Origin: Nostoc sp.
GTDB lineage: Bacteria; Cyanobacteriota; Cyanobacteriia; Cyanobacteriales; Nostocaceae
Direction: 5' to 3'
NCBI GenBank assembly: GCA_036918135.1
Contig: JBALDB010000005.1
Location: 32,001 to 96,000, forward strand
DNA length: 64,000 nt
The notes below the pieces were generated by a model. It was not told where the DNA came from. It searched no databases and saw nothing but the letters and a program-made list of their open reading frames with translations. Positions 10,447-20,573 of the stretch are shown here, one piece after another; within the stretch, counting starts at the first letter, position 1; each line of letters opens with the position of its first letter. Both the position numbers and the translations under genes were made by a program.

Positions 10447-13400
10447 TCTATGTTTGTTCTAGTCAATTCCATGATTTTTTCAAACTGATAGTTATTTGCT
10501 AAATCCCTGAAAACTTGGAAAACTTGACTCTTATCTAATGGAATTTGCTTGAGTAACTGAAAAATCAGGTCATCACTACAGCTGGCTGCCGCATAGTGTA
10601 TCTGTTGGAGCCAATCAGGCGACATCTGTGACAAATGGCTCAGGAGTTCAGCAACACTGCTATACATTTGTGTAGGTTGATCGACAACTACTGTGTTTAT
10701 GGTTTGTATTTGGCTGGTATACTTTACGCCCAAATGTTCGCTCAGTTTTTCTAATAATACTTCCTGGGTGAATGGCTTACGAATAAAATCATCACATCCA
10801 ATAGACAAAGTTCTCTGGCGTTCTTCTTCAAAGGCGCTAGCAGTCAGAGCAATAATAATGGTGCGTTTATCAGAGCAGCCTTCGGTTTTTCTAGGGAAGT
10901 CACAACGTGGAGCTAAGGCTGTTAAGAACTTTGGATTGCAAAAAGAGGGATTCGCCGTTGCATACGACTGACTGCCACTCAAGTGACTAGTAATTAGTGT
11001 TGGACTGTGCGAGCTGGCCTGGCTTGACAAAGGTTCTTTCCCATGCACCATAGCCCATTCTCCATGCCCCAATTCTTGAGATTTAATGATTCTTGTGGCT
11101 TCGTAGCCGTTCATAATTGGCATTCGCATATCCATAAAAATCAAATCTGGTTGCCAAGATTGCCAACTGGCAACTGCTTGCATACCATCTGTGGCTTCCC
11201 TAACTTCAAAACCCATAGATGTGAGAATTTTTACTAACAACAGACGGCTTTCTTTGGAGTCGTCAACCACTAAAATGCGGTATGCTTTTTCTGTAGCAGT
11301 TAAAGCAAGATTTTGATATTTATTTTGGTTAATCGGCATTACTCTGGGACAAGCCAGAGCAATTTGAACATTAAAAGTAAATGTACTACCTATACCAGGA
11401 GTACTGCTAACAGTAATATTTCCCCCCATCAGTTGCACGTATTTGCGGCTAATGGTCAAGCCTAGTCCTGTGCCTTGTTGGGATTTTCTACCGATTTCGG
11501 TTTGCTCAAAAGCCTCAAACAGCAAATCAATTTCTTCTGGATTAATACCACAACCAGTGTCTTGTACCTCAAAGATGAGGGATTGGGAATTAGGAAACTC
11601 GGGGCTGTCTGTGTGGATAAGGGATAATGGGAATTGGGTGGATGAAGAAGACGCGGTGAAAGAATTCTCTGTGTCAGAGTATCCCTGCGTCCCCAGTCCC
11701 CATGCTCCTAATCCCCACGGAGTGGGGGCCCCAAGTTCCCCACTCTCCAGTCTCACCCGCAGCGTCACCCTGCCAAAGTCAGTAAATTTGATAGCGTTTC
11801 CTAAGAGGTTGAGCAAGACTTGAAACAGTTTATTTTCGTCTGTTTCTACGTATTGAGGAAGGTCTGGCGGATATTCAAATACTAATTCTAAGTTTTTCAA
11901 TGCGGCACGTAAGTGCAACATTTCTTCTAAGTTCTTCAGCAGATGAATTAAGTCAAAGCTGCTCAGGTTTAATTTGACTCTACCAGCTTCAATTTTGGAC
12001 ATTTCTAGAATGTCATTAATTAAATTCAGTAGATGTTCGCCAGCACGATTAATAATCGCCAAGTTTTCCTGATGTTCGTTGGATAATGAATAATCTCGGC
12101 TCATGATTTGTGTAAAACCGAGAATGGCGTTAAGTGGGGTACGCAATTCGTGGCTCATGTTAGCGAGGAATTCACTTTTGGCAAGGTTGGCGGCGGCGCT
12201 TCGTGCTGCTTCGCGAACGGCTGCTTGTTTTTCCTGGGCGACGATTTTTTGGGATTCAATCAGCTCTTCTTGGGTGATTTGCAATTGCTCTATAACTTGC
12301 TGAAACTCGTCAGTTCGTTTTTTGACTTGAGCCTCTAAGATTAAATTGTATTCTGCTAATAACTTTTCTGCTTGTTTGCGTTGGCCGATCTCAAAAAATG
12401 TGGCGATCGCAAAAGCCAAATTCCCCGACTCATCATAAATTGGCTTTCCCAAAACTTCAATGGGAATAATCTTGTCACAACGGCGAATTTCCATGTCATC
12501 AATTCTGAGCTTTTCTCCTTGTAATGCTCTTAAAATTGGTAAGCGATCGCTAGGATAAAGTTGATTTGTGCCGCCAAGATAAGCTTGATATACTTCTGAC
12601 AATTTTTCAGGGGTAACTTCTGCTATTGTCCCTTGACCAAGAATTTCCTGACAAATTTCATTTGTATAATAAGGGTTACCTTGAGCATCTATAATAAATA
12701 CACCGACTGGCATGGCTTCTAAAAATTGAGTCAGCCGACTTTGACTTTCAGATAGTGCCTGATTTAAAACTTGCATCTCGGCATTCTTCGCTTCTAAGAC
12801 ATTAAAAGATGCTTTGAGTTGCTTGGCCATAGTTTCAAATGACTTGGCTAGTTCCCCTAGTTCATCAGAGCGATTAATTTTTGGTGTTTGCTCCCATTCA
12901 CCTTCAGCAATTTTCTTGGCTGATGTGTTTAATTGCAGAATCGGCTTAATTACCCAGCGAGCAGTCAAAATCCCAATTTCTGTAGTTACTAAAAAAGCAA
13001 TTATGCACAGGATAATGGTGGTATGGGTATTGACGTTAATTTGCTCCATAAATTCGCCTTGAGGGATTACTACTACGATTAGCCAATCCAAACCCAAGTC
13101 GTCCTGCCAATTTTTTACCTGCACAAAATAATCTATTCCATCGACTGTAAAATTTAGCTGTTTTTTTCCTGCGATCAGCCCAATACTACCAAAGTGCTTA
13201 ATTAAATATTGTGTTGTAAGTTTAATTAAGGAGTCATGACTATCTAATCCCGATACGCGTTTTGGTTGACCATTAATAATACTATATGGTGACTCACTCG
13301 AAGAAGCCACTATTAATCCTGAACGCTCTAATATAAATGTTTCACCTGAGTGTCCGCTTTTTAATTTCGATAAAAAATTTCCGATTTGTGATAATATCAA

Positions 13401-14087
13401 ATCAACACCAATTACTCCAGCTAGTCTGTGATTTTTATCGTAAACAGGATAGCTGGAAGATATGGATAAAATTTCTGGTTTATCTTCCCATTGATAAATT
13501 TGACTCCAAACTGGTTTACCTACCTTGACTGCATCTGTGTACCACGCTTCTTGGCGAGGGTCAAAATTTTTGACTGACTCCAAATGATGACGATTTCCTT
13601 TGTTGTCTGTAGTGTAAACATAAAGTTTGCCTGCACCATGCTTTTCGGTAACTTCATTAATTAAGAGCTTGCCATTATCTAAGCGTTCAACACCAATAAA
13701 TTCACCTTTGGAATTGGCAAAGTTATTGTAGCCAATATTGAAAACCTGCATTTGTTTCCAAAAGTAATTTCCGGTAATTTGAAAGTTAGAAAGTTTGAGC
13801 AAATTTAGCTCAATTGCATCTAAATTAATTTGATTGATTTGCTTCGGAGTTGTTAAATAGCGATCGAGATGCTGTTCAATGCGATCGCAAATTTCATTTT
13901 GTAATTGAGTAGCAAGCTCTTTTACCGCTTTTTGCCCATTTTCATAGGAAAGATAACCCACAAGTCCTACTGCCCCACAAATTTGCAATATAAAGGGCAC
14001 AATCAGAATATACCTCAGGGGCATCTTGGCATACACTTTGCCAACTAAGCTATTGACAGATTTGACAGGCTGAAGTTTGGATAACAT
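10443..14087 (-). CDS. Membrane hybrid sensor histidine kinase (Cache-HAMP-PAS-HisKA-HATPase-REC)
   Basis: Two TM segments, HAMP DELGELAKSF, FLANMSHELRTPLN, GTGLGL, REC DLIFMDMRMP; 4-nt overlap with the next gene. Confidence 0.93.
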   Translation of the reverse strand: MLSKLQPVKSVNSLVGKVYAKMPLRYILIVPFILQICGAVGLVGYLSYENGQKAVKELATQLQNEICDRIEQHLDRYLTTPKQINQINLDAIELNLLKLSNFQITGNYFWKQMQVFNIGYNNFANSKGEFIGVERLDNGKLLINEVTEKHGAGKLYVYTTDNKGNRHHLESVKNFDPRQEAWYTDAVKVGKPVWSQIYQWEDKPEILSISSSYPVYDKNHRLAGVIGVDLILSQIGNFLSKLKSGHSGETFILERSGLIVASSSESPYSIINGQPKRVSGLDSHDSLIKLTTQYLIKHFGSIGLIAGKKQLNFTVDGIDYFVQVKNWQDDLGLDWLIVVVIPQGEFMEQINVNTHTTIILCIIAFLVTTEIGILTARWVIKPILQLNTSAKKIAEGEWEQTPKINRSDELGELAKSFETMAKQLKASFNVLEAKNAEMQVLNQALSESQSRLTQFLEAMPVGVFIIDAQGNPYYTNEICQEILGQGTIAEVTPEKLSEVYQAYLGGTNQLYPSDRLPILRALQGEKLRIDDMEIRRCDKIIPIEVLGKPIYDESGNLAFAIATFFEIGQRKQAEKLLAEYNLILEAQVKKRTDEFQQVIEQLQITQEELIESQKIVAQEKQAAVREAARSAAANLAKSEFLANMSHELRTPLNAILGFTQIMSRDYSLSNEHQENLAIINRAGEHLLNLINDILEMSKIEAGRVKLNLSSFDLIHLLKNLEEMLHLRAALKNLELVFEYPPDLPQYVETDENKLFQVLLNLLGNAIKFTDFGRVTLRVRLESGELGAPTPWGLGAWGLGTQGYSDTENSFTASSSSTQFPLSLIHTDSPEFPNSQSLIFEVQDTGCGINPEEIDLLFEAFEQTEIGRKSQQGTGLGLTISRKYVQLMGGNITVSSTPGIGSTFTFNVQIALACPRVMPINQNKYQNLALTATEKAYRILVVDDSKESRLLLVKILTSMGFEVREATDGMQAVASWQSWQPDLIFMDMRMPIMNGYEATRIIKSQELGHGEWAMVHGKEPLSSQASSHSPTLITSHLSGSQSYATANPSFCNPKFLTALAPRCDFPRKTEGCSDKRTIIIALTASAFEEERQRTLSIGCDDFIRKPFTQEVLLEKLSEHLGVKYTSQIQTINTVVVDQPTQMYSSVAELLSHLSQMSPDWLQQIHYAAASCSDDLIFQLLKQIPLDKSQVFQVFRDLANNYQFEKIMELTRTNIE

Positions 14088-14709
14088 TGTTTTTTGATTC
14101 TTCCCTAGAGTTTACCAGGGGTATTTTCGCCACATTAGTTACATCAAATTTCAGGATAACTACGGCGTACCATCGTTTTAGCTATAACATATTTTATTTA
14201 ATATAGTATAAAAACACACTAGCATTAAATTTATATACTTTTTTGACTGGCTGAGTTCCTCCAACATCTAAATTTTCAGAGTTAATGATTACACCTTAAT
14301 TTGCTCTGTTCTATCCGGCAATATCTCAGCAGATTTTATAGGCTCTACATAAATTTACCAGAACAGCTACAGTATGCCATTCTAAAATTCAGGTTGCCAT
14401 TAGCACCTATTAAAACCTTTAGGTTTGTGCAAAAATAATTTTTAAATTTTCATAAAAGTACACAGTAAAAATCAAAAAAATTTATTTCATATTTAATATT
14501 TTTATGAGATATTAATCTTTATATAGAAATATCTTGTAAAACTATTTGAGACTCTTGTAGGGCAATAAAAACAGCCGTTATTCTTAGCATTTGATGCTTC
14601 AGGATAAAATTTAGCCTTCTAGCCTTAATTTTAAAGCCAAGTCCTAATGCTTAATTAAAAGTTCAGCGTCACAGGTACTAAAGAACCAATTCCAATTCTT
14701 TTTTATTTT

Positions 14710-15345
14710 TTATGGATACAGTGGTGATTTATTAATTCCCCCAATGTGGTAGAGAGGCCAGAAGCGAAATACAGCACAACCGATAATATTCTGGCGGGGG
14801 ACAACACCCCAACAGCGACTATCGTAGCTACTGTTACGGTTGTCACCTAGTACTAAATATGAGTCTGCTGGTATAGTTTGAGGTTTTACCAAAAAAGGTG
14901 GTTGCGACCCTGATAAGCAAACATCAATTAATGTACTCTGGGGAAAGCTAAGGTAATTTTTTTCTGAGAGAGGTTTGTTGCCAATATAAACTTTGCCATC
15001 CTTGAGTTGTACTTTTTCTCCAGGTAAGCCGATTACACGTTTAATAAAAGCATCCTGGTATTGTTCTTTTTGTAACTCTTCTGTGGGCGAAAAAACCACA
15101 ATATCTCCGCGTTGTGGCTGAAAAAATTTATACTTCAACTTATCAACGATGATTTTGTCTGCCTCCCACTGGTTTGACGTACCATGCAGAGTCGGTTCCA
15201 TAGCACCAGAAGGAATCCAGCGTCTTTCAGTAAAAATTAGGATATACGCCGCAAAAGTTAGTAAGACTAGTATTACACTACCCTCTACAATCATCTTACA
15301 GTTGATACTGAGTATACTAGTCAGTTGTCCTTTGTCCTTTGTCAT
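14710..15345 (-). CDS. lepB: Signal peptidase I paralog with catalytic Ser replaced by Ala (start may be 15294)
   Basis: WIPSGAMEPTL (vs SGSM), FIKRVIGLPGE, GDNRNSSYDSR; very similar to the upstream copy. Confidence 0.85.
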   Translation of the reverse strand: MTKDKGQLTSILSINCKMIVEGSVILVLLTFAAYILIFTERRWIPSGAMEPTLHGTSNQWEADKIIVDKLKYKFFQPQRGDIVVFSPTEELQKEQYQDAFIKRVIGLPGEKVQLKDGKVYIGNKPLSEKNYLSFPQSTLIDVCLSGSQPPFLVKPQTIPADSYLVLGDNRNSSYDSRCWGVVPRQNIIGCAVFRFWPLYHIGGINKSPLYP

Positions 15346-15394
15346 TTATTTAGGTCGATGACTAATGACCAACGAGCAATGACCAATAACGTGT

Positions 15395-16045
15395 TTACGG
15401 AGTTTGTGGATAGAGTGGTGTTTTATCAATTCCTCCTACGTGATTGAGAGGCCAGAAGCGAAATACAGCACGACCAATAATATTTTGGCGGGGAACGACA
15501 CCCCAACAGCGGCTATCATAGCTACTGTTACGATTATCACCTAGTACTAAATATGAGTCTACTGGTATAGTTTGAGGTTTTGCCAAAAAGCGCGGTTGCG
15601 GAGCATCTTTACAAACATCAATAACTGTAGTCTGCCCTGAGCTAAGATAATTTTGTTCTGACAGGGGTTTGTTATTAATATAGACCTTGCCATCCTTGAG
15701 TTGTACTTTTTCTCCAGGTAAGCCGATTACACGTTTAATAAAAGCATCCTGATATTGTTCTTTTTGTAGCTCTTGGGTAGGTGAAAACACTACAATATCT
15801 CCCCGCTGGGGATTTGAAAATTTATACTTCAACTTATCAACGATGATTTTGTCTGCCTCCCACTGGTTTGGTGTACCATGCAGAGTTGGTTCCATCGATC
15901 CAGAAGGAATCCAGCGTGCTTCAGCAACAAAGGTACGAATTCCCAGAGCTAAAACAATGCTTAAGACAATTGTTCTACCTAGCTCTGCGATCCAGGAATT
16001 ATCGGGTTGTTGACTAGAGTTATTATCAGACACTTGATTATGCAT
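15395..16045 (-). CDS. lepB: Signal peptidase I
   Basis: EARWIPSGSMEPTL box B, FIKRVIGLPGE box D, GDNRNSSYDSR box E, N-terminal TM. Confidence 0.95.
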   Translation of the reverse strand: MHNQVSDNNSSQQPDNSWIAELGRTIVLSIVLALGIRTFVAEARWIPSGSMEPTLHGTPNQWEADKIIVDKLKYKFSNPQRGDIVVFSPTQELQKEQYQDAFIKRVIGLPGEKVQLKDGKVYINNKPLSEQNYLSSGQTTVIDVCKDAPQPRFLAKPQTIPVDSYLVLGDNRNSSYDSRCWGVVPRQNIIGRAVFRFWPLNHVGGIDKTPLYPQTP

Positions 16046-16361
16046 GAAATTACTTAAATAAGAGAGAGGTAAGTAACTAACTAGACTAGGGAGATTTTAC
16101 CTGTTAATCTTAACGGAAAACTTATTTTAATTTCTTAGTTACATTGGGATTTTCACGAGGTTCTTCATAAATTAAAAATAAACTTTTTTTTAACGCTCCG
16201 CAAAAATTCCTCATTCAGAGCGCGACTAAGTTTAACCTAAAAGCATAGTTGTCTGTAATATATAAGCTGCTCTTAGTGAAAAAATATTCCACAAGTAGCC
16301 ATAATGCTTGCCAAGATTACATTTGCTGATTTTGAATTTTAAATTGGAATTGCTAAGCCCC

Positions 16362-17681
16362 ATGTCATCTCCACAAATTTTACTGATTCGCCAAGCTCGT
16401 ATTGTCCTACCCAATGGTGAACTGATGATTGGGGATGTGTTGACGCGCGATCGCCAAATAGTCGAAGTTGCGCCAGAAATCTCCCAAACGCCACTAGCCA
16501 CTGAAATTGACGCACAAGGGTTAACTTTGTTGCCAGGAGTTATCGATCCGCAGGTGCATTTCCGCGAACCAGGACTAGAACACAAAGAAGATTTGTTCAC
16601 TGCCAGTTGTGCCTGTGCCAAAGGAGGAGTCACTTCTTTTTTGGAAATGCCTAATACCCGCCCCCTAACAACAACACAGCAAGCTTTAGACGACAAATTA
16701 GAACGTGCCTCCAACAAGTGCTTGGTTAATTATGGCTTTTTTATTGGGGCAACAGCAGATAATCTACCAGATTTACTTCTAGCTCAGCCAACACCAGGCA
16801 TTAAAATTTTCATGGGGTCGATGCATGGTCAATTGCTGGTTGATAGGGAAACAGCACTGGAGAGTATATTTGCAAAAGGCTCGCGCTTGATTGCTGTTCA
16901 TGCTGAAGACCAAGCCAGAATCAACCAACGACGCCAAGAATTTGCTAATATTCACGATGTAGCCATTCATTCCCAAATTCAGGATAATCAAGCGGCTTTG
17001 TTGGCAACTCAACTGGCATTAAAACTTTCTCAAAAATATCAACGCCGTCTACATATTTTGCATATGTCAACAGGCGAAGAAGCAGAGTTGCTGCGTCAGG
17101 ATAAACCGAGTTGGGTAACGGCAGAGGTAACGCCACAGCATTTGTTGTTGAACGCTAGCGCTTACGAACAAATTGGTACTTTAGCACAGATGAATCCACC
17201 ATTGCGATCGCCCCACGATAACGAAGTCCTCTGGCAAGCTTTGCGCGATGGTGTAATTGATTTTATTGCCACAGATCATGCACCCCACACCTTAGAGGAA
17301 AAAGCACAAGAATATCCCAATACTCCATCAGGAATGCCTGGGGTAGAAACTTCCCTAGCTTTGATGTTAACTGCGGCGATGCAGGGAAAATGTACTATTG
17401 CCCAAGTTGTGAATTGGATGTCCAAAGCTGTAGCTGTGGCTTATGGTATTCCTAATAAGGGAGCGATCGCTCCTGGTTATGATGCTGATTTAGTACTTGT
17501 AAATTTAAACACATACCATCCAGTCCAGCGCGAGGAACTGTTAACTAAGTGCGGTTGGAGTCCTTTTGAAGGCTGGAACCTTACTGGCTGGGCTGTAACC
17601 ACTATTGTCGGTGGTGAGATTGTTTATGACAAAGGGCAGGTAAATACTCAAGTGCGGGGTCAAGCTTTAACTTTTTTGTAG
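16362..17681 (+). CDS. pyrC: Dihydroorotase
   Basis: PGVIDPQVHFREPG, EMPNTRP, MNPPLRS, IATDHAPH. Confidence 0.92.
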   Translation: MSSPQILLIRQARIVLPNGELMIGDVLTRDRQIVEVAPEISQTPLATEIDAQGLTLLPGVIDPQVHFREPGLEHKEDLFTASCACAKGGVTSFLEMPNTRPLTTTQQALDDKLERASNKCLVNYGFFIGATADNLPDLLLAQPTPGIKIFMGSMHGQLLVDRETALESIFAKGSRLIAVHAEDQARINQRRQEFANIHDVAIHSQIQDNQAALLATQLALKLSQKYQRRLHILHMSTGEEAELLRQDKPSWVTAEVTPQHLLLNASAYEQIGTLAQMNPPLRSPHDNEVLWQALRDGVIDFIATDHAPHTLEEKAQEYPNTPSGMPGVETSLALMLTAAMQGKCTIAQVVNWMSKAVAVAYGIPNKGAIAPGYDADLVLVNLNTYHPVQREELLTKCGWSPFEGWNLTGWAVTTIVGGEIVYDKGQVNTQVRGQALTFL

Positions 17682-18077
17682 CAAATATTTATTTAAGCTT
17701 ACGTAACACATAAGTAATTAGACATCAAAGTCATACTTGGAACGGTAAGATTTTCATTTACCAAAGCCAACGTTAGTACTCCTGTGCATAATTCAAAATT
17801 AAAAAAGTTTATCAAGTAAGCTTTTTCAATTTTGAATGGTTTGTCTATTCACCCCTTTGTATACAACTAGACCTTATTTGCTCCGTTGACTTTTTCGATA
17901 AGTCAGAAAAGGCAAAGTCATAACAAATCTAGATGAAAGTGAAGCGGCTAAGGGTAAATATCCGTTGCTTTACTGTTTTAGCTTTGACTAATTCTCAGTT
18001 GTAAAACTGGTTTAATTACGAATTTAGAATTCACAATTTTTAATTAAGAACTACAAAATCAAGGATAATTATTATTT

Positions 18078-19256
18078 ATGTCCTTCAAGATTCTAAGTTT
18101 AGATGGTGGTGGTATTCGTGGAGTTATTGCAGCACGGATACTTCAACAAGTGGAACAAGAAATTAGAACTCAAGGTAAAGCAGAGTTTTTACACGAATAC
18201 TTTGACATGATTGCAGGCACTTCTACTGGTTCAATATTAACGGCAGGAATTGCTGTAGGCAAAGATAGTTATGAACTAATTAAACTTTATCGAGAGAGAG
18301 GTAAAGATATATTCCCCCAGAATAAAAAAGACCGCTATAAAAACTTACCATCTATTATCAAACCTATTTTTGATGTATTTTCTTCATCTAAATATTCTCA
18401 TGATGGTATAATTAACGTCCTTCAAAATGTATATAAAAGTAAAAAAATTAAAGATATTCAAAACCCGATTATTTTGATTCTTGCTTACGATACACTTTAT
18501 CGCAATACAACCTTTTTTACCAATTGTCACCCAGATATGGGAGATAGATGGTATGATGACTGTTATTTATGGGAGATATGCACCGCTTCTGCCTCCGCTC
18601 CTACTTTCTTTCCACCCTATAAATTAGAGTCTGTTGATAAAGAAAAATTTGGAGATTGGGTATTTCCACATATTGATGGGGGAGTTGGTGCCAATAATCC
18701 ATCTCTAGCAGCACTGAGTCTAGTTTTGAGAGTAAGTCAATCTGATTCAGTTTCTCAAACAATTAAGCAACAATACAAACTTGAGAATTTGCAGCTAGAA
18801 GATATATCTATGCTTTCTATTGGTACAGGTCAAACTGGTGAACCATATCAATACGAACAAGTAAAAAAATGGAGAGGCTTAGATTGGGCAGAACATCTAA
18901 CTGATATTTTTATGGAGCCTACATCTGAGATTGGTAGCACAATTTGCCGTCAAATTATGGGTGGATACAATTCTAAACGTTACTTGCGTCTTCAATTTGA
19001 TTTAAACGAGAGATTTCAAGCTAAGCCAAATGAGACTTATAAAGATAGTCGGATTTTATTACGACGAGAGGAACGAAAAAATCAGTTTACCCATGAAAAT
19101 ATCAATGAAGAAATAGATAATGCTCATCAAGAAATTATTGAGCAATTAATAGATACTACCTCTGCTTTCATTGATAAAGGTTGTAGTTACTATACGAGAG
19201 ATGGAAACGGGCCGCAAGTAAAAAAGGCGATCGCCTCTTTCATTAGAGATAACTAG
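18078..19256 (+). CDS. Patatin-like phospholipase
   Basis: LSLDGGGIRG, GTSTG nucleophile elbow, ASASAPTFF, IDGGV. Confidence 0.92.
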   Translation: MSFKILSLDGGGIRGVIAARILQQVEQEIRTQGKAEFLHEYFDMIAGTSTGSILTAGIAVGKDSYELIKLYRERGKDIFPQNKKDRYKNLPSIIKPIFDVFSSSKYSHDGIINVLQNVYKSKKIKDIQNPIILILAYDTLYRNTTFFTNCHPDMGDRWYDDCYLWEICTASASAPTFFPPYKLESVDKEKFGDWVFPHIDGGVGANNPSLAALSLVLRVSQSDSVSQTIKQQYKLENLQLEDISMLSIGTGQTGEPYQYEQVKKWRGLDWAEHLTDIFMEPTSEIGSTICRQIMGGYNSKRYLRLQFDLNERFQAKPNETYKDSRILLRREERKNQFTHENINEEIDNAHQEIIEQLIDTTSAFIDKGCSYYTRDGNGPQVKKAIASFIRDN

Positions 19257-19906
19257 TGCATCCACGTAGGCATGTTAATATCAAATAAATTATTCTCAGA
19301 CTTATCGTATTTATACATAAAATAGCGTAAAAATACGATAATCTTTCCTAATTTATTTTTTAATCTAGCGTTATTTACAGATGTAAATATTAGAACTAAT
19401 TGTTAACTAAAAATAATCAAAAAAAAATAAACTAGTTTAAGTTTATGTATAGATTGTGAACTGAACTTGGGAATACTAAGTATCAGGACAAGTTAGACAA
19501 CTTATACAAAAGTTGATTGTTGTTTAACTTTTCTGTACTAGCTTTAGCTGCTAAATAATTTAAATGAGTTCTCAAAATGACAGTAGAGAACTTTCGGATC
19601 GACCAAGCTGACTAAGTTCTGTCAAACCTCGCATTTAACCCAACAACAGTTCCCATTTGCTTGAGTCATAACCCGTCACAATTAGGTTTTTAACTGATTT
19701 TCTAGGAATAAAGCTAGTAAACATTAATTCTAAATTCATTTATACAGTTCAAGTAAAAATCGCTGTAGGTTCAATACTATTCGGATTAAAAAAGTTAACC
19801 GAAGCGTATTGCAATTCAACCTGCTTGTGTCTAGTGTTTTTAGCTTTAACTGAACCGTATATCTGCTGTTGAACAATTTTCTTGTTTATTTTTGGTTGAG
19901 ATAACA

Positions 19907-19948
19907 ATGTTAATGATTTACAGTGGTGAGCGTGGTAGTGGTAGATAG
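19907..19948 (+). CDS. patS: Heterocyst inhibitor peptide PatS (MLMIYSGERGSGR; possible longer form from TTG at 19892)
   Basis: ATG TTA ATG ATT TAC AGT GGT GAG CGT GGT AGT GGT AGA TAG; ends in ERGSGR; lies downstream of pyrC and patatin and convergent with tsaE/hetY, as in Anabaena PCC 7120. Confidence 0.9.
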   Translation: MLMIYSGERGSGR

Positions 19949-20045
19949 GATGTGTGTAGAACTCCTATTGATACTCAATTTTGAATTCTGACTCTTTGTT
20001 TGCATAGCGTCCCAAAGAAAAGTTTCGATCGCCCGCTTCGGACGC

Positions 20046-20525
20046 TCAAACTTCTCTATGGATTCTGCTGTAAATGGCAGGAATAATTTTGTCAATCGCA
20101 CAATTGAATGGGATAATTTCGGCAAGGCGACCGCCTTGGTGTCCATGTGTCAAACTTATGCTCAGATAACTATCTGGCTTGTAAGGCATTCGTTGTGCCC
20201 ATTCAATGGCTACAATTCCTGGTGTAACCTCAAGACCTTCCCAGTAACTTTCTAAATTCAAGCTTGGAACTTCTTGCGGTTCTAAGCGATATAAATCTAA
20301 GTGGTAAAGGGAGAAGCGTCCTTCGGTGTACTCATTAATCAAGGTGAAAGTAGGACTGACAATCGGTTCGGTAATTCCCAAACCTTTGCCAATACCTTGA
20401 ACTAGGGTAGTTTTGCCAGCGCCTAAATCACCTTCTAGTAAAATTACACTGCCAGGGCTTAGCGATTCACCAAGACTAATACCTAAATGTAGCGTAGCCT
20501 CTGTATCTGGAAGAAAAATTTTCAT
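20046..20525 (-). CDS. tsaE: tRNA threonylcarbamoyladenosine biosynthesis ATPase TsaE (HetY in Anabaena)
   Basis: GDLGAGKTT, SPTFTLINEY, HLDLYRL, AIEW. Confidence 0.95.
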   Translation of the reverse strand: MKIFLPDTEATLHLGISLGESLSPGSVILLEGDLGAGKTTLVQGIGKGLGITEPIVSPTFTLINEYTEGRFSLYHLDLYRLEPQEVPSLNLESYWEGLEVTPGIVAIEWAQRMPYKPDSYLSISLTHGHQGGRLAEIIPFNCAIDKIIPAIYSRIHREV

Positions 20526-20573
20526 AATTGGTCATGGGACATTGGTTATTTACAAGTGACTAATGACTAATGA

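Noticed and set aside
18078..19256. Patatin as a CBASS CapV effector
   Set aside because: No CD-NTase nearby; it occupies the conserved pyrC-patatin-patS position.
19910..20146. 78-aa minus-strand ORF over patS
   Set aside because: Overlaps tsaE and is antisense to patS; the poly-Thr tail is the reverse reading of the RGSGR codons.
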